DNA from: Candidatus Desulfarcum epimagneticum
Lineage (GTDB): Bacteria; Desulfobacterota; Desulfobacteria; Desulfobacterales; CR-1
DNA: 64,000 nucleotides
Reading direction: 5' to 3'
NCBI GenBank assembly: GCA_900659855.1
Contig: CAACVI010000012.1
Location: forward strand, 256,532 to 320,531
Made by a program: the position numbers and the translations under genes. Below, piece after piece: positions 9,187 to 18,629 of this stretch. Every line of letters begins with the position of its first letter. Within the stretch, counting starts at the first letter, position 1. A model generated the notes under the pieces. It had not been told where the DNA came from. It did not search any database and saw only the letters and a list, made by a program, of their open reading frames with translations.

Positions 9187-10122
9187 CTATCCACCGCTGA
9201 AAAGGGGGTAAAAACCGGCGCCTAAAAACATAATGCCTGTTATTGTTAAAGCCAGTCCCGCGAATATGGCAATCAGATATTCAATGACGATTTTTCGGCT
9301 GTTTTTAGAAATCAGAGCGATTGAAGCGGTTTTTCCCGATATGGCAAGCATAACCACTATTGATATTGTGAAAGCCATGCCGATGGCGATAGCGATCCCC
9401 AGCAAAATTCCCAGCCCGATCAAATTCATTGACAATGCAAACAACATTGTTATCACCACGGCGGGGCATGGAATAACGCCCACCGCAAGAGCAAAAACCA
9501 CGGGATTGGCATATTCCCGGGCAAGCCCTTTTTTGTTTTGTTCTTTTTGGGGCTTTTCTTTTTTTATCAGTTTATAAACGCCGTGAAAAAAAATCCCCAG
9601 CCCAAGACAGGTGATGGCGCTGTAACTGACGATTTGGGTGATGTGGCTGACATTTTCAAGGTTTCGGACAACGCCCGCATTTAAAACAAAACGCACAACA
9701 AGCACAAAAACAATGCCTGAAATGCCATGGAATAGAGCCATGAGATTGCTTAACAGCAGCCCCTGCGCATATGTGGGGTGTTTTGCAAACACATATGACA
9801 GCGCCATGGCCTTTCCGTGCCCGGGACCCGCCGCATGAAGGACGCCGTAAGCAAACGCCACGACGGCAAGAAGAATGATCGGTAAAAAACTTTTCTCGGC
9901 TTTGGCTTTTTTGACCAGCGATGTCATTTTTTCTTTTAAATGCTTTTGCCAGACGTTTATCTTCATGAAAAATTTATTTTTAAAAAAAGAAGGCGCGGAG
10001 AGCGCAGGACGTTTTTCGGGTTTTGAGATAAACGGATTTTCCGCGGCGGGCGCAAGGTGGGCGACAGAAGACAATGCCGTATATATTGATAATAAAATCA
10101 ATCCGATGATAATTTTTTTCAT
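9187..10122 (-). CDS. NicO/RcnA-like nickel/cobalt transporter permease
   Basis: 311-aa polytopic ORF with the HAAGPGHGKA motif characteristic of the NicO/RcnA (COG2215) family. It overlaps the upstream DUF1007 gene by 4 bp. Confidence 0.75.
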   Translation of the reverse strand: MKKIIIGLILLSIYTALSSVAHLAPAAENPFISKPEKRPALSAPSFFKNKFFMKINVWQKHLKEKMTSLVKKAKAEKSFLPIILLAVVAFAYGVLHAAGPGHGKAMALSYVFAKHPTYAQGLLLSNLMALFHGISGIVFVLVVRFVLNAGVVRNLENVSHITQIVSYSAITCLGLGIFFHGVYKLIKKEKPQKEQNKKGLAREYANPVVFALAVGVIPCPAVVITMLFALSMNLIGLGILLGIAIAIGMAFTISIVVMLAISGKTASIALISKNSRKIVIEYLIAIFAGLALTITGIMFLGAGFYPLFSGG

Positions 10123-10715
10123 TTTTTCTTCCGGAAATCTAAAAATAACGCCCAGGGATTGGCCGTATTATTATACAATGAAGTTGATTGATCTTCTTTA
10201 ATGGCTGTTTTCACTTCAAACAATTCGGAATTGTCCAGCGAAACCGGTCTTTCTTTCGTAAAATAAATGGCGGTGTAATAAGTGGGATCGTATGTGGCGA
10301 CGCTTATTTTTTTAAAATTGTTCCCAGCCGCCGCCCGGCACGGCACAAAAAATTCATAGATCATTTTTTTTTTATCATTCAACGTGGCGGAAAAATCCCG
10401 GACAGAAGTCACATCAAAAGGTTTCTGATCCATTTTTATAAAGGTAAAATAATCATACTCCGACAAATTTGAAAAAGCCTCTTTTTTAATCGTCTCAACT
10501 TCGGATTCGCCAAAAACGCCGTTTTTATCTTTGTCATAGCTATCTGATATCATAACAGAAAACATTTCATCAAATGTCCATCTTATTTTAAACCCCTCAA
10601 GCCCTTTATCGCCGAATACGATTGCGACCCGTTGATCAATAAAAACATGGGGATGCGCATGGGCAATGCGGGGGGATAAGATCAAAAATATGGCGGTCAT
10701 GATCAATGAGAACAT
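10119..10715 (-). CDS. DUF1007 family periplasmic protein (partner of the NicO-like permease)
   Basis: ORF 10119..10832. The probable start is ATG at 10715, giving signal peptide MFSLIMTAIFLILSPRIAHA followed by HPHVFIDQRV, the DUF1007 N-terminal signature. Confidence 0.75.
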   Translation of the reverse strand: MFSLIMTAIFLILSPRIAHAHPHVFIDQRVAIVFGDKGLEGFKIRWTFDEMFSVMISDSYDKDKNGVFGESEVETIKKEAFSNLSEYDYFTFIKMDQKPFDVTSVRDFSATLNDKKKMIYEFFVPCRAAAGNNFKKISVATYDPTYYTAIYFTKERPVSLDNSELFEVKTAIKEDQSTSLYNNTANPWALFLDFRKKK

Positions 10716-10941
10716 TCGTTTTTTTTGCTCCGCAAAAACAAATTCGCTTAAACCTGGCTTTCCGTTATGCATAATATTCACCTTTTTCCATTTAATATGT
10801 TTAAAAGCAGCGCAACTGTCGTCTGGGGCCACAAGACACGGTTTTGATTTTGCGGCGCAGTAAATCTTATCCGTTTTCTGAATCAGTGGCGCGAAAACGG
10901 CATATGACCGAGTTGTTTTGTTGTAATTTCATTCCATAACT

Positions 10942-11091
10942 GATAAACTCGTAAAAAATTCGATCTACTGTGTTGCAGCGCTTATTTTTAATTGAGGCAT
11001 ACTACATGTATTGCCTCAATTAAAAATAACCACTACGCCTTGTATATCGAACTTTTTACGACGCTGTCCCGTGATTTTTTACGAGTTTATC
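10942..11091. repeat. Full 150-bp copy of the palindromic MITE-like element
   Basis: GATAAACTCGTAAAAAATTCGATCTACTGTGTTGCAGCGCTTATTTTTAATTGAGGCATACTACATGTATTGCCTCAATTAAAAATAACCACTACGCCTTGTATATCGAACTTTTTACGACGCTGTCCCGTGATTTTTTACGAGTTTATC. An extra module (AAGCTTGGGATGG..TTAAAGTTAAAAATCCGA) follows to about 11135. Confidence 0.85.
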
Positions 11092-11489
11092 AAGCTTGGG
11101 ATGGATGGTTAAAGTTAAAAATCCGAATTTTGCCGCATTCCTGCCGCGCTTTTCCGGTATGACTGAATTCCTTCCGGTTTCCTGAAAAAAACCCGGTGAG
11201 GAGTTGACGAGGACTGCGGCTTCACGATTTCCGCGCCACCGGTTCGGGTTGTCAGTGAGCCGTCACAGCCAGGGCGGAGCGCCCTGAAGTGTATGGAGAT
11301 ATTATCTCATTTCCTCGCATAAAACAATCAAAATCTATACAATCAAAGGCGACTGGACAATACGATTCAACGTGAAATCAAGGAAAATACCCGGGCCGAA
11401 AAAAACGAGCCGGATAAGTCCCGACCGGAAATCGAAGCGCTTGAGGCAAATCTTTGAGACTGCTTGAAAAAGGAGGAATAAAAAAACAA

Positions 11490-12092
11490 ATGACAATTTT
11501 TAAATTTTTTTTTGTTGCTTTGTTATTTTTAATATCTTTGGTTTCGATGACCGCATTTTCCTGGGGTGAGGCTATTGCGGCGGAATCTGAAATGTTTTTG
11601 AGGGATGCGCCGATTAATGTATTCACCGATGAAGAAGCGCGAATACGTTTTCGATTAAACAAATCATATCGCCCGCTTCATTATGCCGAAACCGAATTTA
11701 ACACGGTAAACGATGGGGTGGTCGTTGACTCATCCAATGGTTTGATGTGGCAGAAAACCGGCAGCGACAACATGCTGACATTCACGCAGGCCGACGATTA
11801 TATAAAAAGTTTGAATGAAAAAAATTATAACGGAAAAAATGACTGGCGGCTGCCCACCATCGAGGAGCTGGTGACTTTGATGTCAGCGGATAAAAATGAT
11901 TCGGGGCTTTTTATAAATCCTGCTTTTTCAGCCAGTCAGACATTATGCTGGAGTTCAGACACAAGATCCGTCAAAACGCCTTTCAGTATCCGCAAAACCG
12001 CCGCATGGGGAGTAAATTTCGTTTTCGGGTATGTGTTTTGGGGACCACTGCCGTACAAATTTTATGTGAGAGCTGTACGCCGTCTTCCATGA
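11490..12092 (+). CDS. Secreted DUF1566 (Lcl C-terminal domain) protein
   Basis: In-frame Met of ORF 11454..12092, preceded by AGGAGG (11471..11476). Signal peptide MTIFKFFFVALLFLISLVSMTAFSWG. The DUF1566 core is GLMWQKTGSDN.LTFTQADDYIKSLNEKNYNGKNDWRLPTIEEL. Confidence 0.75.
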   Translation: MTIFKFFFVALLFLISLVSMTAFSWGEAIAAESEMFLRDAPINVFTDEEARIRFRLNKSYRPLHYAETEFNTVNDGVVVDSSNGLMWQKTGSDNMLTFTQADDYIKSLNEKNYNGKNDWRLPTIEELVTLMSADKNDSGLFINPAFSASQTLCWSSDTRSVKTPFSIRKTAAWGVNFVFGYVFWGPLPYKFYVRAVRRLP

Positions 12093-12327
12093 GGCGCTGT
12101 TGTGATTTTATCAAAAAAAAGCGGCTTCTCAAAAAGTCAGGGGTAAAGACCGCGCCTATTCGCTGGAACAAGTCATTCCGGATTTTACAGTTTCAGCCAG
12201 GGGCGGATATTTATTCCGAGACTCAATTCAGTCCCTGAGTGAATTAAGGATTATTCGTCTCTCTCCTTTCATTCTTTTTTCAGAAATATCCTGAGAAAGT
12301 GAAAGGCGGGTTTGGAAAAAAACAGGG

Positions 12328-13260
12328 TCACAAGGATTCAGACAGTCGTTTCAACGAATAGATTCCATCAAGCCCTTGAATGGACTTGGGTTTCTTTTCA
12401 CGTTTGGACTCAAAACGGTCTTTAAACCTCTGGTAATGCGTCATGACAAACGCTTTGGAGCCGATGATTCCCGAATCGGTGAAATAGCGGGTTCTGTATG
12501 CGAACCTTCGGGTCCGGGTCAGGTTGAATCCGGCGTGTCTTTCTTTTTTTAAAACGCCCGGATCAATGGTTCCCGAAAACTCTTTTCCCGAGGGCTTTAA
12601 CGCCCCGGACTCATACACATATCGCCGGTATCGCCTGACTCTTTCGGCCTCGCTCATGACGTTGAATTCCACCAGGCCGAAGTCCGTGGACAAAAACCCG
12701 CCCTCATTTCCGGACTGGATGTGATGGCCCAGAGAACTCCAGCGATACGCCTCCGGGCGATCCGCGATTCCGGCCCGCACAGGGTTTAAGTCAATATAGG
12801 CCAGGCAGTTGATCAGGGTATGTCCGTCCTCCACGATCACGCTTTTGAAACGCTCGGCCCACAGCGTTCCTCTTCGGTGATGGAGCCTGTTATAAAACCG
12901 TGAAAAAGTCTGCTTGATTTCTTTCATAAATTCAGACAGGTTGGACCATTTTTTTCGAAAGCGTTCAATGTCGTCTTCCCCGAATTCCCGTTCTTTCCCG
13001 TAGAAATTCAAAAACCTTTCCCGGATTTGTTCGTCCGTGAAATCATGATCCGGGCGCATTTTCACCAGCAGGTGGAAATGGTTGCCCATGACACAAAAGC
13101 CCATGATGTCGGAAAAATAGATGCGGTTGTATTGTTTGATGATTTTGACGAGGGCCTCTTTTTCCACGTCCTGAAACGGGAAACCGTCCAGGGCGGTTCG
13201 GGAAATCACATGATAGACGGTCTTTTCACCCTTGTTGAGCATTCTGGCTGTTCTTGGCAT
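12328..13260 (-). CDS. IS200/Y1-type HUH tyrosine transposase homologue (RAYT-like, long form)
   Basis: 310-aa ORF with the HUH motif GNHFHLLV and the catalytic-Tyr region LAYIDLNPVRAGI...YRWSS. A single gene with no IS605-type tnpB. Confidence 0.75.
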   Translation of the reverse strand: MPRTARMLNKGEKTVYHVISRTALDGFPFQDVEKEALVKIIKQYNRIYFSDIMGFCVMGNHFHLLVKMRPDHDFTDEQIRERFLNFYGKEREFGEDDIERFRKKWSNLSEFMKEIKQTFSRFYNRLHHRRGTLWAERFKSVIVEDGHTLINCLAYIDLNPVRAGIADRPEAYRWSSLGHHIQSGNEGGFLSTDFGLVEFNVMSEAERVRRYRRYVYESGALKPSGKEFSGTIDPGVLKKERHAGFNLTRTRRFAYRTRYFTDSGIIGSKAFVMTHYQRFKDRFESKREKKPKSIQGLDGIYSLKRLSESL

Positions 13261-13481
13261 GGGGTTTGCTGTCCTGTTTTTTATGTTTGGGAATAATGGT
13301 GGATAAAATACTCTTGGTCTTTATCGTTGTCAAGCATTATTAGCCTGTCCCATTTTACTCCATTTTACTCGTTGTTGCCTCTTTAAACCGGAGACCGTGT
13401 TACCCCAAAAATACGTTTTTTTTGGATTTTTGTTGACCATATACAAGAAAAGAGTTGAAATATTATCCGCGTTATTCTAAA

Positions 13482-13610
13482 TTCATAAAATCGTAAAAAG
13501 TTTGACATACAAGATGTAGTGTTTTTTTATGAGAGATGGCATACATATAGTATGCCGGCCGAACAAAAGCCCACTGCAACGCAGCAGATCGGATTTTTGA
13601 CGATGCTGTC
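13482..13610. repeat. Variant (type-2) copy of the palindromic element, directly upstream of the RAYT-like gene
   Basis: ...AAATCGTAAAAAGTTTGACATACAAGATGTAGTG...GATGGCATACATATAGTATGCCGG...CACTGCAACGCAGCAGATCGGATTTTTGACGATGCTGTC. It shares the apex GGCATAC-N5-GTATGCC and arms with the copy at 32708..32863. Confidence 0.7.
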
Positions 13611-13864
13611 AATGATGGAGAATGTATAAATTATATTGTCTGCGACAATATATTCCGTAAACATAGTATGTTAAAACTGTTTGTGTGTTCAAAAGGTATG
13701 AAATGAAAATTTCCGTTATTTATAATCGAGACAGTAAAAGTGTTATCAATCTTTTTGGAATCCCTAATCGTGAAAAATATGGAAAAAAATCCATAGCCCG
13801 TATTGTTGATATCCTGAAAAAATTCGGCCATCAGGTAAAGGCTTTTGAAGGAGATAAAGACCTA

Positions 13865-15247
13865 TAGTGCGTCGCAAATGAATTGATACCAATTTGTTCG
13901 AATTATTGGGCGTCCATCTTTATATCTGTCACCCAGAATTCATTCTCGATTTTTCTTATTTTCTTAATGATTTTATCACATATCGTAGCCGTGACTTTAT
14001 TAAATCCGCAATCAAGTTGCTTGATCAGGTTCTTCATGGTGAAGTCACAATTTCTGGCCACATAATTTTTTACTAAACCCCAACATATTTCTATTGGTTG
14101 CAGTTCCGGGTGATACGGTGGCGTTCTGAGAACCTTATGCCCAAATGATATAGCTATTTCGTCGATTGCATAGATTGGCTCAGGGGCCATTTTCATCAAA
14201 ATCTCGATCAACTCAGCCTTTAGACAATCATCACGACAGTAAACTTTATTTTTTTCAAGCCATTCTTTAATTTTTTTCTTCGAGCTTTTTGGTGTCGGTG
14301 GAGAATGTTCTGAAAGGATATTGTGGTATGAGGCATTATCCATGATTATAAGGGACTTTTTCGGAATATTGGGGAGGAGCATCTCAATAAACCATTTTTT
14401 AAATAACTCCCAATTCATTTGACCGTGATAATCCCCTGTTTTTCTCGTGCTCTTAAACACAAGTTTTGAACCTGGAACCCAACCCGCTTTAGTTATCGCA
14501 TTGATAATGATAAGACGTTCGCCTTTGCCTGTCGGCTTTTGTACCCAAGGACCGTCTTCACCGTAATACCATATAAAATTATTGCTGTGATTCTTGTTTA
14601 CATATGACTCATCAAGATAAACTTCCGGACGAATTGTGTCAGCGCTTTTTCCGGGGACTCTATTGTCTCTCATTTCGCGCAAATAACGCTGTCTGGCGGC
14701 AACCACATGGTCCTTTTCTTTTAAATGCTGAGAACGCACTCCCTGACCAAATTCAAACCCCCACCTGTTAAGTGTTCTGCCTAACGTCGCTTTATTAAAT
14801 GATTCGCCGGGATATCGCTCCTCTAAGAAATTTTTGATGTCTGCAAGCGTTATGTGTTCCCCTTTTTTGTTTGCGGTTCGAATATATGACCGAGCAGATT
14901 CCTGGTAGGAAACGTTAACAGCATATATCGGTCGTCCACGCAGTTTTGCAGGCTTATCAAGCAGCCCGGGATCGCGATTGTAATCGGCCATGATTCGTTT
15001 TACCGTTGCCACACCAATACCAAGAGCATCCGCAGCACGCTTCACACTCGGTTCCGCTGGTATGATTTTGTTTCTGTCAAAATACTGCTTGACAGAAACA
15101 GTAACTTTCTTTATTTCAGGAGTCAGGGGCTTGCCTCGACATGAAAACATAATCTAACCATTTTCCTTTTTGTATGAATCAAAATTATGGGTAGATTACA
15201 ATGCTTTTGCCTCCTTTGTCAAGTATCAATTCATTTGCGCCGGACTA
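13865..15247 (-). mobile_element. IS630/Tc1-mariner family insertion sequence with TA target duplication
   Basis: The 25-bp terminal inverted repeats match 23/25: TAGTGCGTCGCAAATGAATTGATAC (13865..13889) versus the reverse complement of 15223..15247. TA flanks lie at 13863..13864 and 15248..15249. Confidence 0.85.
13903..15150 (-). CDS. IS630-family DDE transposase
   Basis: 415-aa ORF with an N-terminal HTH and a DDE_3-like core (...VYLDESYVNKNH...LIIMDNASYHN...). Confidence 0.85.
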   Translation of the reverse strand: MFSCRGKPLTPEIKKVTVSVKQYFDRNKIIPAEPSVKRAADALGIGVATVKRIMADYNRDPGLLDKPAKLRGRPIYAVNVSYQESARSYIRTANKKGEHITLADIKNFLEERYPGESFNKATLGRTLNRWGFEFGQGVRSQHLKEKDHVVAARQRYLREMRDNRVPGKSADTIRPEVYLDESYVNKNHSNNFIWYYGEDGPWVQKPTGKGERLIIINAITKAGWVPGSKLVFKSTRKTGDYHGQMNWELFKKWFIEMLLPNIPKKSLIIMDNASYHNILSEHSPPTPKSSKKKIKEWLEKNKVYCRDDCLKAELIEILMKMAPEPIYAIDEIAISFGHKVLRTPPYHPELQPIEICWGLVKNYVARNCDFTMKNLIKQLDCGFNKVTATICDKIIKKIRKIENEFWVTDIKMDAQ

Positions 15248-16925
15248 TAATACCCAACCTGGAAAAGTTCATGCCTCGAGTGCTCAAAGGCGAGCTTCCT
15301 GGAATGGCGTTTAACCTTTCTTACGGCATTCAGGGTCATGCCCGTTATACCCATGTGCCTGGCATTCTGGAAATGGTGGGAATACCATATATGGGTTCCA
15401 ACCCTCTGGCCCACTCTCTCGCTCTTGATAAAGTCGTTGCAAAGATGATTTTCAGGCAAAATGACCTTCCCACACCTGATTTTTCAGTATTAAATGAGCC
15501 GGGATTTGACATGCCTAATCTTGATTTTCCGCTGATTGTGAAACCAAAGAACGAAGCTGTTTCTATGGGTATACGTATTGTTCATGATTTAAAAGAACTA
15601 AAAGATGCCGCAGGAGTTATCTTTGATCAATTCAACCAGCCTGTGTTGGTTGAACAATATATAGAGGGGAGGGAAATCAATGTTGGGCTTCTGGGAAATA
15701 ACCCTCCTGAAATACTACCTCCCTGTGAGATCACATTCGGAAACCAGGGACCACATATTTATACTATTGAAGATAAAAAAGGGAAATCCGGAAGAAAAAT
15801 CGACTGGATATGTCCGGCGCCAATAAGCCGGGAATTAACTGAAAAGGCCCATGATATTGCATTGCGAGCCTTCCAGGCTCTTGGATGTTATGACATGGCT
15901 CGTGTGGATATGCGGCTTGATAATAATGACAACCTTTACATACTTGAAATAAACAGCCTACCCAGCCTTGGTGAACATGGTTCCTATACGATTGCGGCAA
16001 ATCATGTGGGTTTGGATTTCCCTGCATTGGTAAACAGGATGGTAGAAGTTGCAAGCGCACGATACTTCGGGACCCCATCCCCGCCTGATATTCGGCATAA
16101 TAAAAAGAAACCTGAAGAGGCCATTTTCTCCTATGTTACACAACGTCGTGACCTTATTGAAAAAGCGCTGGAGAACTGGTCTTCTCTTTCCAGCCGGACA
16201 TCTGACCCTGTTGGAATACAGCTGGCTATAAAGAAGTTAGAAAAAAAGATGACGGAAATAAAAATGAAACCGGCCCCTCAATTCTGTAAAAGTCAGCTTG
16301 TCCATACCTGGGAGACAAAGAAAGGAATGGCCGATGGCACATTGCTTATTGTTCATTGTGACGTGCCCCTTGAGCTTGAAATGCCGAACCAGGGTTTCCG
16401 ACGGGAACCGGAATGGCTTTATGGTGAAGGTGTTGGATGTTCAAGAGCCCCAATGGTGGTGTTGGAATATGCATTGAGAGCTCTGAGACACCAGCGGCGG
16501 TTGCATAAACTGCCATTGGGGGTTTTATGTTATATGGATGAAGGCCGGGATGCCAGGTATAGTGAGGAAATCATTCGAGCAGCAGTATCCATATCAAAAA
16601 AAGTTATTGTTTTGAGGCCAGGAAGCTCATTAAATCATATAATTGTTCAAAGAAGAGGTCAGCGTAAATGCCGACTCATCGTCCAGGGCAAAGCTCGCAG
16701 GTTAGGCAAGAAAGACAAGCAGCCAGAAGTATTGTTATGGACCATGAAAAAATTAGATGAAATATCCAGACTTTCATCAACGAAAAATAAAATCGCTGTC
16801 TCATCAACCGAAATAAAAACAAAAAGTTATCCTATGTTGCTGCCACATCATGTTTCAGCGACACTATTACTGAGCTACTTGGATACAAAAACAGGAAATG
16901 AAACAGAAATAAGTATCAGGGAAAT

Positions 16926-18252
16926 CACTGGTGTCCGGTTTAAATGAATTTAAAACTTACAACACATTGAATATATAAGGTAAAATATAAAAACAGGGGT
17001 GTCAACCTCTTGATTTTCCCCAGACAATCTCGTATTCTCCTTTCATAAAATTTAAGAAAGGAGACACTCATGTATCGGGGAAGAATGATATTTTCACAAG
17101 TACTGGATTTTATGCCGAGACGACCATTTCGCAAATGTGTGAGCCGATATTCTGGAAACAAGCATATTCGCTCTTTTTCATGTTTTGACCAGTTTCTGTG
17201 CATGGTATTTGCTCAACTGACTTATCGTGAAAGCCTTCGAGATACAGTCCTGTGCCTGCGAGCCATTCATGAAAAGCTTCATCATGTCGGCATTCAGGGA
17301 AAATTGTCTCGAACTACTTTTTCCGATGCCAATGAAAAACGCGACTGGCGTATCTACTGCGATTTTGCCCAGGTCCTTATTGAACAGGCGCGAAGGCTTT
17401 ATGCAGATGACGATTTTGGTCTCCAGCTTAAAGAGACTGTCTATGCGTTGGATTCATCGACGATCAGCTTATGTCGGTCCCTTTTTCCATGGGCTCGGTT
17501 TAAATCCACTAAAAGCGGCATAAAGCTCCATACATTGGTTGATTTGAGAGGAAATATCCCCTCGTTTATTTCCATCACGGATGCAAAACTTCATGATGTT
17601 AACATACTTGACCAGCTATTGCCGGAGGCCGGCTCAATTTATGTGATGGACCGCGCGTATCTCGATTTTTCAAGGCTCTATAACATGCATCAATCCTTAG
17701 CTTTTTTTATTCTGAGAGCCAAACACAACACCAAACTTCGACGGCTATATTCAGCGCAAGTAGATAAGCGTGACGGCATCCTGTGCGACCAAACAGTACG
17801 ACCAGGCGGGAACCTTGCGGCAAGGGATTATCCCGAAAAATTGAGACGGATAAAATATCATGATCATAAAACCGATAAACGCTTAATATTTCTTACCAAT
17901 AATTTTATATTGAACGCCGGAACCATAGCCGATCTCTATAAATACCGCTGGCAGGTAGAATTGTTTTTCAAATGGATAAAACAGCATTTGAGAATCAAAA
18001 AATTTTTCGGTTATTCCGAAAACGCCGTAAAAATACAAATCTGGACCGCAATTTCAGCATATGTTCTCGTGGCAATCATGAAAAAACGTCTCTGCCTGGA
18101 GCAGAATCTTTACACAATATTACAGATTTTAAGCATTACTCTTTTTGAAAAAACACCAATATTTCAATTGTTTACCGAGCCGGTTTACAAAAGCAAGATT
18201 ACTCGCGGGCCTATACAATTGAATTTATTCGATATCTAACCGGACACTAGTG
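16926..18252 (+). mobile_element. IS4-family insertion sequence with 9-bp target duplication
   Basis: The TIRs match 14/15: CACTGGTGTCCGGTT (16926..16940) versus the reverse complement of 18238..18252, CACTAGTGTCCGGTT. Direct repeats CAGGGAAAT lie at 16917..16925 and 18253..18261. Confidence 0.85.
17070..18239 (+). CDS. IS4-family DDE transposase
   Basis: 389-aa ORF with the N-terminal IFSQVLDFMPRRPFRKCV (DUF4372-type) motif and a DDE core (...ALDSSTISL...YVMDRAYLDF...YRWQVELFFKWIKQHL). Confidence 0.85.
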   Translation: MYRGRMIFSQVLDFMPRRPFRKCVSRYSGNKHIRSFSCFDQFLCMVFAQLTYRESLRDTVLCLRAIHEKLHHVGIQGKLSRTTFSDANEKRDWRIYCDFAQVLIEQARRLYADDDFGLQLKETVYALDSSTISLCRSLFPWARFKSTKSGIKLHTLVDLRGNIPSFISITDAKLHDVNILDQLLPEAGSIYVMDRAYLDFSRLYNMHQSLAFFILRAKHNTKLRRLYSAQVDKRDGILCDQTVRPGGNLAARDYPEKLRRIKYHDHKTDKRLIFLTNNFILNAGTIADLYKYRWQVELFFKWIKQHLRIKKFFGYSENAVKIQIWTAISAYVLVAIMKKRLCLEQNLYTILQILSITLFEKTPIFQLFTEPVYKSKITRGPIQLNLFDI

Positions 18253-18629
18253 CAGGGAAATATTAAAAGGAAGTAAGTTTAAAGTCGATTTTGAAATAGT
18301 CTCCGACAGGCCGCCAATGAAAGACAGAAAAACAAATATGAGAATAGCAAAACCGATCATGGATATTTCTGAAAACTGGGATATACCGTTAAAAAAAACT
18401 TCTTCATTGTGGCCTTCTGTGGGAGGGGTCGTGTATGGAAAAGTGCCGGTTGTCTGCGGTATAGGGCCAACAGCACGGGATCTTTATACTCCGCAGGAGT
18501 CTGTTAATCGAACAAGTCTGATTCAACGAACACTTTTACTTGCAGAATTCCTCGTTAAAACTTTATAATTGTTTTTGTAACAATAAAAAAATCTGCGAAA
18601 ACGTATTTCAGATATCATGGGAAAAGTTT

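Larger units (their letters stand above)
13703..18568 (+). pseudogene. ATP-grasp (D-Ala-D-Ala-ligase-like)::M20-peptidase-like fusion gene, split into three in-frame pieces by two IS insertions
   Basis: The pieces are 13703..13864 (MKISVIYNRDSKSV...), 15250..16925 (ATP-grasp core ...IVKPKNEAVSMGI...EQYIEGREINVG...ILEINSLPSLG, then an M20-like region) and 18262..18568. Removing each IS plus one target duplication restores one continuous frame (junctions ...GDKDL/IPNLEKF... and ...SIREI/LKGSKF...). Confidence 0.8.

Noticed and set aside
11190-11300. GC-rich structured segment upstream of the Ni/Co transporter and DUF1566 genes. It has CCGGTG...CACCGG, GCGG...CCGC and CAGGGCG-GAG-CGCCCTG stems, and strings vaguely like cobalamin-riboswitch boxes (GCCACCGGT, AGCCAGGGCGGAGCGCC).
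   Set aside because: Neither strand reproduces the B12 box or the GGGAA/GGTG..AATCC core closely enough. I also cannot align it to the NiCo (czcD) motif from memory. A cmscan against Rfam (RF00174, RF01051, RF02683) would settle it.
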